Part shown: positions 13,263-25,303 of the stretch, one piece after another
How the letters are laid out: each line of letters opens with the position of its first letter
Numbering within the stretch: the first letter of the stretch is position 1
Source of the DNA: Azolla caroliniana
Lineage: Eukaryota > Plantae > Polypodiophyta
Length of the DNA stretch: 64,000 nucleotides
NCBI GenBank assembly: GCA_043228905.1
Contig: JBHGNT010000016.1
Span: forward strand, 8,742,001 to 8,806,000
Direction of reading: 5' to 3'
Position numbers and translations under genes: made by a program
Notes under the pieces: generated by a model
Told to the model about the DNA's origin: nothing
Seen by the model: only the letters and a program-made list of their open reading frames with translations
Databases searched by the model: none

Positions 13263-16076
13263 ATGGACGGCCAGACTCTCTCTGAGGCCGCCAAGAAATG
13301 ACTATGACAACACGGATTGGAGGGGTTCCTCACAATCATGGACGCACCACCACACAGAGAAGCTGACAAGATCATCAAAGACATTGACACCGAGCTGATC
13401 ATGGAGGAAGCAATCCGGGAACTAACAGGCCTTTCGGAGGGGGGCATCTATACCATTGACAACCCTACTTCCGAACGGCTAATCAAATACTTTGGCGAGT
13501 ATTCTCTGGCTAGCAAGGGCTACATGACACTGGGCGAAGAAGATATGTTATTCGAGAAATTGCCCGTGTACTCCATGAGTTCAACCACGTATACCCTCGA
13601 CCCCCCATCATGCCTCAGAACCGAGCAGGCTTGATCATTGCAACATACGAAGGGGTCAAGGTGGATTGGCCGGTGCTGATCGCCGATGGATTATGTGCGG
13701 CTATTGGCACCGTAAGAGGCAAGGAAGCTAAAGAAAGGCCATAAAATATGGCATGCGGTGGCGCAATAACTTACCCTACTGGCGCCACCAGTCGAGCCCA
13801 TCCAGACCAAGAAGAGGGGAAGAGTACCGGACGGCACCCCGAGAGCTGCTTCAAAACGACAACAGCTGTTGGCCACCAAGACCACTAAGGGTAAGACAAC
13901 TGACACGGAGTAGGCGGCGAAGGAGGGCGCCATCCGGAAGCAGCTAACGGAGACGCACGAGGAGACACCGGCATGGCCCCTGAAGAGCCCACTCCACCGA
14001 TTGGTGCAACAAGATACAGACACCTTGGCGGCAAGAATGAATGCCAAGACTCAGGAGGAGGAAACGGAGGAAGAGCCTACGAAGCACCTCTAGCGGTGGC
14101 CGGTGAAGAGCACCGCAGAATCAGCCGGGAAGCGTTCGGACCCACAGAAGGATGGAACAACTTTACCCCACACTGAGAAGCCCATGCCAAGGAAGGAACC
14201 GGAACCGGTTCAGATGGAACCGGTCTCAGAAGCCCCAGCACGACAGGCAATACCGACGGGTCAGGGAACGGCGAGCCCCGAAAGGCAAGCGCCAGTAATG
14301 CAGGTGCTACCTTCCTCAACCGACCAAGAACGAGCAGAACAAGTGCGGCCAACCGAAACACAACCGGAACCTGAACAACAAAGTGGTCAGCAGGCAGAGC
14401 CAAAATTGCCGCTCGACACAGTAAGGCAGGACCAGCCACCGGGAAGTGAACCCATCAGCCAACCCTCCGTGCAGACGCAACAACAGGGCACTGGCAGCCA
14501 ATGGCTCCGGTGGATAGGATAGCAGGTTGCCGGAGTGATACTGTATGTAGAGGCGGAAGAACGAGCGCAGATGGAATGGTTGCTAGTCACAACCGATGAA
14601 CTAGAGATAGCCTGGTCAAGGATCCGGTGTCTCGAACAAGACTTGGATCGGATCACAGAAGACATGGCCAAAATGGCCCTAACTGCAACATAGATCCAAG
14701 CATCGGTGACTCCGGTGGATGTACATACAAATGAGACCCCGGAGACAGAAACTGTCCCGGAGAAAGATGCGGCGCAAGCCCAAGAGCTTGCCGAATTAAG
14801 GGACGAACTTGCCGCACAAGAAGCACTACGGAGCCACGAATGAGATTTGAAGAAAGCGGCAGAAGAGGAGTTAAGGAAAACTGCTGAAAACCTCTGCTGG
14901 GCAGAAGAAAATCTGTGGAAAGGCCATCAAGCTTATGACCGGCTAAAGGAGGAAAAAGAAAAATTGCTGCAGGAGAAGGACAAGCTCCGACGGATGGTGG
15001 AAACGGAAATAGAAAGGCTGAAAGAAGAACTCCGTCAACAAAAGGACCGGGAAGACCGCGCTCGCCGGCAAATCAACCAGAGGCTAAAGCAGAAGACAGA
15101 GGACTTCGACCACCTGCACCGGAACTTTAAGAGCTTAGATACGGAGTATAAGCAACAATAGGAAAGGATGGTTGAGGTCCATCAGGAAGTTGATAGGGCC
15201 ACAACGGCACTCGCCGACGAACGAGCTGAGAATACAAAGCTATTGGAGGAAGCGGTGAGGGACCAGATGGAGCTCCACAAGCAGAACCATGAAGAAAAGG
15301 AAAGGGCGACAATGGTGTTACAGAGGTTGCAAACAACCTATCAAAGTCAATTGTCGCATTATAGGGAGTAGGAGGCGGACACGGTCAGAATCATCAAGCA
15401 ATTGAAAGAGGAGCGACAAGCCGCGGAGAACAAATCACGGATGGGAATCGAATGGATCCAGTGCATCCTCTGGGCATGGCTCACCAAGACCAAACGCTTG
15501 ATTGACGAGAGCTCTGTGCAATGGTAGACGAAATGGGCGCAGAATACGACGGAACTCCAATTGCTCAGGGCGGACATGGAAAACCGGCGGAAAGAAGGTG
15601 ACGATCGTTATACGCTAACATTGGAGGACTTCACCGCCATAAGGGATGAGCTAGCAGAAGATTTCATAGCCCTGGCGGATGAACAATTGGTGCAGGTCCG
15701 ACAGCTCATAGCTCAACTGGACGACGATCGGCTAGAGGCTCAGATCCAGTTTGAGAGCTATGAGCGGTGCTGGCTTTGGGAAGAAAAAGCAAGGAAGGCG
15801 GCAATGATCAACCTTAGTGATGAGGAACCGTCGCCGGTACAAGGACCAGACGGGGACTAGGCCGGGGTCAGTCAGCCAGAGACAACTCCGACGGAGGAAA
15901 CAACGAAGGAAACGTCAGTGCCAGAGCGACAAACGGAGCAGCAACCCCAAACGGAGAAGGTACAAATGGAGCAGCCACCGCAACAGCCACAAACGGAACA
16001 ACAACAACAACAGATTCCCGACGAGCCATTGGAAATTCTGGAGCAAAGGATTCTGGACATTTTGGACGAAGAGTAG
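13263..16076 (+). pseudogene. Gypsy E extra ORF (coiled-coil protein), fragmented
   Basis: Fragments 13317-13634, 14103-14522, 14847-15161 and 15561-15860 align to the B extra ORF. Confidence 0.85.
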
Positions 16077-16090
16077 CAGGGCCATATAAT

Positions 16091-16128
16091 GGGTTCGACG
16101 TACAAGGTACTGTCCCACGGGCGTGCCA
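16091..16128 (+). promoter_or_regulatory. tRNA-Arg(UCU)-3'-half motif at the PPT position of element E (inverted PBS)
   Basis: GGGTTCGA-CGTACAAGGTACT-GTCCCAC-GGGCGTGCCA, then TG, then the LTR. No purine run is present. Confidence 0.8.
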
Positions 16129-16130
16129 TG

Positions 16131-16566
16131 TGTTACCCGGCCGGCAAGAAGGCTTAAGGATGTCCAGACCAGAGTGTGAAAGGAATAGTTTATTCGGGAA
16201 CTGTTGTAATTATTTTATTAATATGGACAGATGGACCGGAATTGGTATGCCGATCCGGATCCGGACCGATTCCGAATAGGTGCCGGTTGGCACCGTTTTG
16301 TACTTTGCACCAGAGACCTATATAAAGGCCCGGTTACAATGTAATTGACATCGGATAATTAATAGAACTTATTGCCTTAACCTTTCAGTATTGATTACCG
16401 TTCTGTACTCATTGTTATATCTTACGTGTGTAATGATGTATTGCTAAGTAACCAATTAAGGTCTAATTAAGCGTTGTGTTGTAAGTCATCTTGCCGTAAC
16501 ACCCTTTGGTGAAGTGTCTTAAGTGGACACCCTGTGTTAGGCTGTTGTCCGGCCCTAGGATTAACA
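16131..16566 (+). repeat. 3' LTR of element E
   Basis: Matches 6595-7030; the differences are mostly C/T and G/A transitions. Confidence 0.95.
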
Positions 16567-16571
16567 CTAAG

Positions 16572-18529
16572 GCACCCAAAGGGAAGGCGGCCGAGATGGA
16601 TAAGGCGGTAAAAGAGCGCGCCAATAGGAAGCGGTAGGCAGAAATGCAGGAGGAGACACCAGCATGGCCAATCAAGATCATATTTCACCGACCGATTCAA
16701 CAAGAGCTGGACCCCTTGGCAACAAAAATCCACATTGGGACTCAGGAGGAGGAAGCGGAGGAGGAACCGTTAAAGCGCCTCTAGCGGCGCCAGAAGGCAA
16801 GCACCGCAGAACAGGCTAGGCAGCGTTCGGACCCAATGAAGGATGGAACGCCTCTACCCCGCACTGAGCATCCTGTACCAAGGGTGGAACCGGAACCGGT
16901 TCGGACAAAACCGGTCACAGAGCTCCCTGCACAACATGCTATACCGGTGGGTCAGGATACGGCAAGACCCGGAATTCAAGCGCCGGTAGTACAGGTGCCT
17001 CCCTCACCGGCAGGTCAAGAGCAATCAGAGGCGGAGCGGCCAACAGAGGTGCAACCAAAACCAGAATGGCAAAGTGGTCACCAACCAGAGACAGAGTTGC
17101 AGCTCAAAGCAACCGAACAAGACCGACCACTGGCTAGTGGAACCAACAACCAACCCTCTGTGCAGACGTAAGAACAGGGCACCGACAGCCAATGGCTCCG
17201 GTGGATTGGAGAACAGATTTCCGGAGTGGTGCACTACAGAGAGGCAGAAGAGAAAGCGCAGATGGACCGGTTGCTAGTCACAACCGAAGAACTAGAGACG
17301 TCCCGGTCGAGATTCCGGAGCCTAGAACAAGACTTGGACCTGGCCATCGAAGTATTGGCCAAAATGGCCTTAACCGGACCATAGATCCAAGCACCAGTGA
17401 CTTTGGTAGATGTATAGAATAACGACACACCAACACCTGTACATAGTAATAAGATCCCGGAGACGGAACCAGTCCTGGAGACAATGGCGGCGCAAGCGAA
17501 AGAGCTTGCCGAATTGAAAGATGAATTGGCCGCACAAGAAGCATTACGCACCCGAGAAAGGGACTTGAAGAAAGCGGTAGAAGAAGAACAAAGAAAGACT
17601 GCTGAGAACCTCCGCCGGGCAAAAGAGAATCTGCGGAAATGACATCAGGCATATGACCGGCTTAAGGAGGAGAAAGAGAAAGTGCTACAAGAAAAGGATA
17701 AGCTGCGACGGATGGTGGAAACGGAGATTGAAAGACTTAAAGAAGAACTCCGTCAACAGAAAGATCGGGAAGACCGCGCTCGCCGGCAACTCAACCAGAA
17801 TCTGAAGCAGAAGATCGATGATTTTGAGCACCTACACTGGGACTATAAGCACCTGGATACAGAGCATAAGAAGTAGCAGGAGAAGATGGCAAAGCTCCGA
17901 CAGGAAGTTCATCGATCCGAGACAGCGCTAGCTGAAGAACGGGATGAAAGAACAACACTACTGGAGGAAGCCGCGTAGGAACGTATGGAGCTCCATAAGC
18001 AGCATTATGAAGAAAAGGAAAGAGTGACAATGGTATTGCATAGGTTGCAGAACACCTACCAAAACCAATTGTCACATTACCGGGAGCAGTACGCGAACAC
18101 GGCGAAGCTTATCAAGCAATTGAAGGAAGAATGGCAAGCCGCGGAGGACAAATTGAAGATGGGACTTGAGCGGATCCAGTTCATTGTCCAGGCATGGAGG
18201 AATAAGAAAAAACACTTGATTGACGAAAGCTTTGTGCAATGGTGGGAAAAATGGGCAAAGCACACAACCGAGCTCTAGTTGCTAAGGGCGGATGCGGAAA
18301 ACCGACAAAAGGATGGCGACGACTACTACATGCTAACAAAGGAGGACTTCATCGCCGTAAGAGATGAGTTAGCAGAAGACTTTGTAACTCTGGCGGAGGA
18401 ATAGTCAGCAGTGGTCCGACAACTGGTAGCACAGCTGGATGATGATCGAATGGATGCTCAAATCTAGTTTGAAAGCTATGAGCGGACTAGGCTACGACAG
18501 GAAGAAGCAAGGCAGGCGGCGACCGTCAA
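16572..18529 (+). pseudogene. Gypsy D extra ORF, middle part
   Basis: Continues D after the CTAAG TSD. Coiled-coil fragments lie at 17682-17876 and 17985-18278. It ends at ...AATVN, where element C inserted. Confidence 0.85.
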
Positions 18530-18962
18530 TGTTACCAGCCGGCAAAGGAGTCCAGAGTGTGAAACGGGGAGTTATTTAATTAGTAGGAATGGTTGTAAGT
18601 AAGCTATGAGTGTGGATGGACGGACCGGAATCGGTATGCCGTTCCGGATCCAAACCGATCCCGAACAGGTGCGGATGGCACCGTTTTGTAATATAGACCG
18701 GAAACCTATTTAAAGGCCCGGATACAATGTAATGAATAACGGTTAATTAATAAAGCTTAGTGTTGTTATCTCTCTGTGTTAATTGCCGTTCTGCATTCAT
18801 TGTTATATCTTATGTGTGTGATTATTAAAGACGATCATGCTAAGTAACCTAATTAAGTCGGATTAATCGTTGAGTCTAATCCTGTTGCCGTAACACCCCT
18901 TTCGTGAAGTGTCTTCCGTAGACACCCTATGTTAGGCCATTGTCCGGTCCTAAGAGTTAACA
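18530..18962 (+). repeat. 5' LTR of element C
   Basis: TGTTAC...TTAACA, followed by CAGTTTT-TGGCGACCACGAT (PBS 18970-18982). Confidence 0.93.
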
Positions 18963-19015
18963 CAGTTTTTGGCGACCACGATTCCTGTTTTTGCAGCGAA
19001 CGACGGCACGGATGG

Positions 19016-20769
19016 ATGACTAGATCAACGCATGACCTGGTTACAGATCGAACTCGACGCCTTGCCGAAAGGCAAAGGAGACGTGAGGCTTTCCAGCAAG
19101 CTGCGTAGGAAATTAGACCGGATCGCTCGTTTTCCAACGTAATCCGGAGAGTAGCGGAGGACTCCCTTTGGTTACAGCAAACATCGCACCCAGACGACGG
19201 CAACAGCCTAAGCAGCCTCCAGGAAACCGAATCCCTTCTCCAGGCGTTGGCAAACGGAGAAGGTGAAGCAGAAGCCTTTTCAGCGTATGAATTGGACTCC
19301 GAAGGGGAATATAGCGTGCACACGAACTACCGTCGTAGCAACGAAACCCCGGGCGGACCGGAGGACGAAGGATCGGATACCTTACTGACACCGGAACCGG
19401 AAGTGCTAACGCTGGAACCCCCGGAACCAGCAGAGGAAGAGGGACCTCCGACATCGGAAGTCGAAGAGGAGAGGCCTCCGTCACCAAAAGAAGAGGAAAG
19501 ACCACCGACGTCGGAAACAAATCGGGAAAGACCACTGACGCCGGAGAAAATCCCGGAACGAGCACCAACACTGCCCGCCCGCGCAGCGATACCGGACGAC
19601 GACATGCCGTTCCAGTACTCCAAGTATAGAGATGATCCGGACGCGGAAGCTCATGTGCACGCCTTTGAACAGACATGGGAAGCCAACCATGTGTCCCAGC
19701 GATTGACCCCGGAGGAAGAGGAATGCTCTACGATAGCGGAATTTGGCATCACATTGGAGGGACTAGCAACAAGATGGCGCCAGACGTAGGACCCGTCTAC
19801 CATCAACACCTTTGCAGATTTAAAAACTAAATTCTTGCATTATTTCCAAAAGGAGGTGGACCAGACCGTAATGGTAGGCTTATTTTATACCATCCGACAG
19901 GAAGCAGGGGAGAGCATTCCCCAGTTTGTCATCCGGTTTCAACGGATGCATAGTCAGCTTGCCCGCGCACCCCTGGAGGAGGAATTACGGACTATATTCC
20001 TAAACGCGCTCCGGGAACCCCTACGCACGGTTTGCATGGTAATTGACTTCCGCACAAGTACCATCGACCAGGTCATTGACTGGGTGAGAGAGATGGCAAA
20101 GACAAGGTCCTGGCTCACACTGGGAGCACTCCAATGGGCGTTATCGTCCGATGAAAACCTCCGGTTTCGGCAAGCAATACAGTGCACAACTTGCTTGAAT
20201 TCCGGACACTCGGCTCTAGAATGCACTATGAGGACGCAATGTGTAATCTACCACGGAACGGAACTACTCTACCACGGAACGGGAAGCTCTAGGGATGATC
20301 TATAGTGTGACAAAGTTTCGGCATTATTTATTGGGAAGGAAGTTTTCCTTCCATGTAGATCATTCGACACTCCTTTACCTAGTGTCCAAAGCGTCACTCA
20401 CCGGCAAATTGGCCCGGTGGACCTTACTGTTACAGGAATTCGAGTTTGAAATATTCCACTGACCCGGTATACAGCATGCCGTGGCGGATTACTTAAGCCG
20501 ATTAGAGTCCGGAGAGACGGGTGACGGAGTAGCGGATGAGTTTCCGGATGCGGAGCTGTTTCGAGTCACTACGGAAACGGCAGCAGATGAGACGGTGGCA
20601 CAGGAAGACAAGTGGCTCACAAATATGCACCAGTTTCTGAGCACAAGACTGCCTTCAAAAGAGATGAACCGGGACGAATGGAAACGCTTGGCGGTGCAAA
20701 GCCGACATTTCTGCTTACTGCAAGACACACTTTACCACAAGGGCGCGGACGGCATATGGAGACGGGCTG
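19016..20769 (+). pseudogene. Gypsy C gag fused by deletion to RNase H
   Basis: gag runs to ...TMRTQCVI (about 20249), then RNase H NYSTTEREALGMIY...GADGIWRRAV. PR and RT are missing. Confidence 0.88.
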
Positions 20770-23001
20770 TGTTACCGGCCGGCAAGGAGTCCAAAATACG
20801 GAGTGAAGGAATTAATTAAGTATGGTTGTAAATGAGCATAGTGTGGACGGACGGACTGGAAACGGTATGCCGTTCCAGATCCGGACGGATCCCGAATAGG
20901 TGCGATAGGCACCGTTTTGTACTACGGGCCGGAAACCTATTTAAAGGCCCGGACCCCATTGTAATCGCAACGGATAATTAATAGAGCTTATTATGTTTAT
21001 ACTTCTGTCTTGATTTCCGTTCTGTAATTACTGTTATATCTTACGCGTGTAATTAACTAAAGCACTCTAATCGTGTAACCTATGGAAGTCGTTGTAATCG
21101 TTGAATCTTAATCCTATGCCGTAATCACCCTTTGGTGAAGTGTCTCCGTGACACCTTGTGTTAGGCCTTGTCCGGTCAGCGAATAACACAGTTTTGCGAC
21201 CACGATTCCTGCTTTCTCGCAGCGAACGACGGTAATGGATGACTAGACCAACGCACGACTTGGTTACGGACCGAGCTCGACGCCTCGCCGAACGGCAAAG
21301 ACGGTGCGAGACTTTCCAGCAAGCAACGCAGGAAATTTGCTCGGATCGTTCGTTCTCCAACGAGATCCGGAGAGTCGCGGAGGAATCTCTCCGGTTACGG
21401 CAAACTCACGACCAGGACGACGGAAGCAGTCTAAGTAGTCTCCGGGGAACCGAACGCCTCCTGGAGGCACTGGCAAGCGGAGAAAACGAGGCCGAAGCAT
21501 TTTCAGCCTACGAATCGGATTCCGAAGGGGGATACAGCGTGCACACGAACTACCGGAGCAGCAACGATACCCCAGGCAGCCCGGAGGACGACGGGTCGGA
21601 TACCGTGCCGACTCCAGAACCGGAATCGCTCAACCAGGGCTATCCGGAACCGCAAACGGAAGCCGTCAACCCACCAACACCGGAAGTGGAAGAAGCAAAG
21701 CCACCGACACCAAAGAAAGGGCCGGCAAAAGTACCGGAAGAAGAGCCGGAAAAGGAACCGGAAAAAGCACCGGCAAAAGAACCGGAAGTGGAACCGGAGA
21801 AAAAACCGGAAAGATCTCAACAAACGCCACTAAACCGCGGCCTAATACTGGACGACGACATGCCGTTCCAATACTCAAAGTATCGCGATGATCCGGACGC
21901 GGAAGCGCATGTTCATGACTTCGAGCAGACATGGGAAGCAAATCACACGTCCCAGCGAATGACACCGGAGGAAGAAGAACGCTCGAAGATAGCGGAATTC
22001 GGAGTCACGTTGGAGGGACCAGCGACACGATGGCGGCGGACGCAGGACCCGGCGACCATCACAACCTTTGCAGAATTAAAAGCAAAATTCTTGCATTTTT
22101 TCCACAAGGAGGTCGACCAGACGACAATGGTGGGCTTGTTTTATACGATCCGACAGGAGGCAGGGGAAAGCATTCCCAAATTCGTCATCCGTTTCCAACG
22201 AATACATAGCCAGCTCGCCCGTGCACCCCCGGAGGAGGAATTACGGACGATATTTTTAAACGCACTCCGGGAACCGTTACGCACGGTGTGTACGGTGATC
22301 GACTTTCGAGGATGCACCATCGACCAGGTCATTGACCGGGTCAGAGAAATGGAGAAGTCAAGCTCATGGCTTACGCTGGGAACACTGCAACGGGCGTTAC
22401 CCACCGAGGAAGATCTCCGGTTCCGGCAGGCAATTCAATGCACAATCTGCTTGAATGCCGGACATTCGGCAGTGGAGTGCACCATGCGAACCCAGTGTGT
22501 GATTTGTCAATCCAAGAGTCATACAATGGACCGGTGCGAGTATAACCTGTTAAACCGACAAGCACCACCCGTCCGACGGATCGAGCCAAGAAGCAGCCGA
22601 GACGAAGATGACGATCGTTGGCAAAGAATGAACCGGTACCCACCGGCACAGGATGTCCGGTACGGAGACATGCAAGAGAATGATGGCCGATACGGGAATC
22701 GGCGTGATAACTATGACCGGTATGAGCGATCGGACCGTTATCGGGAGCCCAACAGGCGACACGAGCAATACGACAGAGACCATTCCCCTGGTTACCGAAG
22801 GCACCAGGAGGACTACGGCCGATTTTACGATCCACCACGACCGGACTACCGAAATAAAAATAAGAATAATAAGAAACGTAATTTCAAGAAAGGTGGTCAC
22901 ACTAGGGACGCGGAACAGGGAACCCCAAGGAGCCAACCGGCACAGAACGCACCACTCACTACGGGACCGACTCCGGATACCAGCAAAGCTGAATCCAGCA
23001 A
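20770..23001 (+). mobile_element. Ty3/Gypsy element A, 3'-truncated (5' LTR plus gag)
   Basis: 419-bp LTR at 20770-21188, a PBS missing one G, and an open gag that joins B's LTR at a TACC microhomology. Confidence 0.88.
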
Positions 23002-23035
23002 TACCGGCCGGCAAGGAGTCCAAAATACGGAGTGA
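21239..23035 (+). CDS. gag: Gag protein of element A (598-aa open frame; C-terminus truncated and running into the LTR)
   Basis: Pro/Glu-rich N-terminus, capsid-like domain, CTICLNAGHSAVEC and CVICQSKSHTMDRC knuckles, and an RD/Y-rich region. Confidence 0.85.
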   Translation: MTRPTHDLVTDRARRLAERQRRCETFQQATQEICSDRSFSNEIRRVAEESLRLRQTHDQDDGSSLSSLRGTERLLEALASGENEAEAFSAYESDSEGGYSVHTNYRSSNDTPGSPEDDGSDTVPTPEPESLNQGYPEPQTEAVNPPTPEVEEAKPPTPKKGPAKVPEEEPEKEPEKAPAKEPEVEPEKKPERSQQTPLNRGLILDDDMPFQYSKYRDDPDAEAHVHDFEQTWEANHTSQRMTPEEEERSKIAEFGVTLEGPATRWRRTQDPATITTFAELKAKFLHFFHKEVDQTTMVGLFYTIRQEAGESIPKFVIRFQRIHSQLARAPPEEELRTIFLNALREPLRTVCTVIDFRGCTIDQVIDRVREMEKSSSWLTLGTLQRALPTEEDLRFRQAIQCTICLNAGHSAVECTMRTQCVICQSKSHTMDRCEYNLLNRQAPPVRRIEPRSSRDEDDDRWQRMNRYPPAQDVRYGDMQENDGRYGNRRDNYDRYERSDRYREPNRRHEQYDRDHSPGYRRHQEDYGRFYDPPRPDYRNKNKNNKKRNFKKGGHTRDAEQGTPRSQPAQNAPLTTGPTPDTSKAESSNTGRQGVQNTE

Positions 23036-23468
23036 AGGAATTAATTATATATGGTTGTAAATGAGGATAGTGTGGACGGACGGACTGGAAACGGTATGCC
23101 GTTCCAGATCCGGACGGATCCCGAATAGGTGCGAGAGGCACCGTTTTGTACTACGGGCCGGAAACCTATTTAAAGGCCCGAACCCCATTGTAATGGCAGC
23201 GGATAATTAATAGAGCTTATGATGTTTATACTTCTGTCTTGATTTCCGTTCTGTAATTACTGTTATATCTTATGCGTGTAATTAACTAAAGCACTCTAAT
23301 CGTGTAACCTATGGAAGTCGTTGTAATCGTTGAATCTTAATCCTATGCCGTAATCACCCTTTGGTGAAGTGTCTCCGGGACACCTTGTGTTAGGCCTTCT
23401 CCGGTCAGCGAATAACACAGTTTTGGCGACCACGATTCCTGCTTTCTCGCAGCGAATGATGGTAATGG

Positions 23469-25279
23469 ATGACTAGACCAACGCACGACTTGGTTACGGA
23501 CCGAGCTCGACGCCTCGCCGAACGGCAAAGACGGCGCGAGACTTTCCAGCAAGCAGCGCAGGAAATTTGCTCGGATCGTTCGTTCTCCAACGAGATCCGG
23601 AGAGTCGCGGAGGAATCTCTCCGGTTACGGCAAACTCGCGACCAGGACGACGGAAGCAGTCTAAGTAGTCTCCGGGGAACCGAACGCCTCCTGGAGGCAC
23701 TGGCAAGCGGAGAAAACGAGGCCGAAGCATTTTCAACCTACGAATCGGATTCCGAAGGGGGATATAGCGTGCACACGAACTACCAGAGCAGCAACGATAC
23801 CCCCGGCGGCCCGGAGGACGACGGGTCGGATACCGTGCCGACTCCAGAACCGGAACCGCTCAACCAGGGCTATCCGGAACCACAAACGGAAGCCGTCAAC
23901 CCACCAACACCGGAAGTGGAAGAAGCAAAGCCACCGACACCAAAGAAAGAGCCGGCAAAAGTACCGGAAGAAGAGCCGGAAAAGGAACCGGAAAAAGCAC
24001 CGGCAAAAGAACCGGAAGTGGAACCGGAGAGAAAACCGGAAAGATATCAACAAACGCCACTAAACCGCGGCCTAATACTGGATGACGACATGCCGTTCCA
24101 ATACTCAAAGTATCGCGATGATCCGGACGCGGAAGCGCATGTTCATGACTTCGAGCAGACATGGGAAGCAAATCACACGTCCTAGCGAATGACACCGGAG
24201 GAAGAAGAACGCTCGAAGATAGCGGAATTCGGAGTCACGTTGGAGGGACCAGCGACACGATGGCGGCGGACGCAGGACCCGGCGACCATCACAACCTTTG
24301 CAGAATTAAAAGCAAAATTCTTGCATTTTTTCCACAAGGAGGTCGACCAGACGACAATGGTAGGCCTGTTTTATACGATCCGACAGTAGGCAGGGGAAAG
24401 CATTCCCCAATTCGTCATCCGTTTCCAACGAATGCATAGCCAGCTTGCCCGTGCACCCCCGGAGGAGGAATTACGGACGATATTTTTAAACGCACTCCGG
24501 GAACCGTTACGCACGGTGTGTACGGTGATCGACTTTCGAGGATGCACCATCGACCAGGTCATTGACCGGGTCAGAGAAATGGAGAAGTCAAGCTCATGGC
24601 TTACGCTGGGAACACTGCAACGGGCGTTACCCACCGAGGAAGATCTCCGGTTCCGGCAGGCAATCAATCCAAGAGTCATACAACGGACCGGTGCGAGTAT
24701 AACCTGTTAAACCGACAAGCACCACCCATCCGACGGATCGAGCCAAGAAACAGCCGAGACGAAGATGACGATCGTTGGCAAAGAATGAACCGGTACCCAC
24801 CGGCACAGGATGTCCGGTACGGAGACAGGCAAGAGAATGATGGCCGGTACGGGAATCGGCGTGATAACTACGACCGGTATGAGCGATCGGACCGTTATCG
24901 GGAGCTCAACAGACGACACGAGCAATACGACAGAGACCATTCCCCTGGTTACCGAAGGCACCAGGAGGACTACGGCCGATTTTACGATCCACCACGACCG
25001 GACTACCGAAATAAAAAGAATAATAAGAAACGTAATTTCAAGAAAGGTGGTCATACTAGGGACCCGGAACAGGGAGCCCCGAGGAGCCAACCGGCACAGA
25101 ACGCACTACTCACTACGGGACCGACTCCGGATACCAACAAAGCTGAATCCAGCAATACCCGTAAAGAGTACTGCTATTACTGCAGGCAGGAAGGCCATTA
25201 CAGTAACCAGTGCCCGGCAAAGAGCTACGATAAACGACCGGCAGTTAATATGGTGGTTCCGGAAGTGGCGGATATATAG
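23469..25279 (+). pseudogene. gag: Gypsy B gag (CAG>TAG stops; microhomology deletion at about 24664 removing the first knuckle)
   Basis: Near-identical to A gag, split into 23469-24185, 24189-24389, 24432-24710 and 24596-25279. Confidence 0.9.
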
Positions 25280-25303
25280 CAAGTAACCACACGGTCGAAA
25301 GGC

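Larger units (their letters stand above)
6595..16566 (+). mobile_element. Full-length Ty3/Gypsy element E (about 10 kb) with 5-bp TSD CTAAG
   Basis: 436-bp LTRs TGTTA...TAACA at 6595-7030 and 16131-16566. CTAAG lies at 6590-6594 and 16567-16571. gag, pol and the extra ORF are inside. Confidence 0.95.

Noticed and set aside
16091-16128. A bona fide tRNA gene
   Set aside because: Only the T-arm and acceptor 3' strand are present, with an insert. There is no D-arm, anticodon arm or A box, and CCA is encoded.
16112-16130. Elements are really minus-oriented and this is their ordinary PBS
   Set aside because: gag, pol, the extra ORF and the LTR TATA box are all on the + strand, and a separate PBS follows the 5' LTR.
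25277-25279. TAG between gag and pol as a programmed read-through stop
   Set aside because: The stop falls at different codons in B (ADI*Q) and E (ADVQ*V) and is absent in D (ADLQQ), so these are independent C>T mutations in a single-frame gag-pol.
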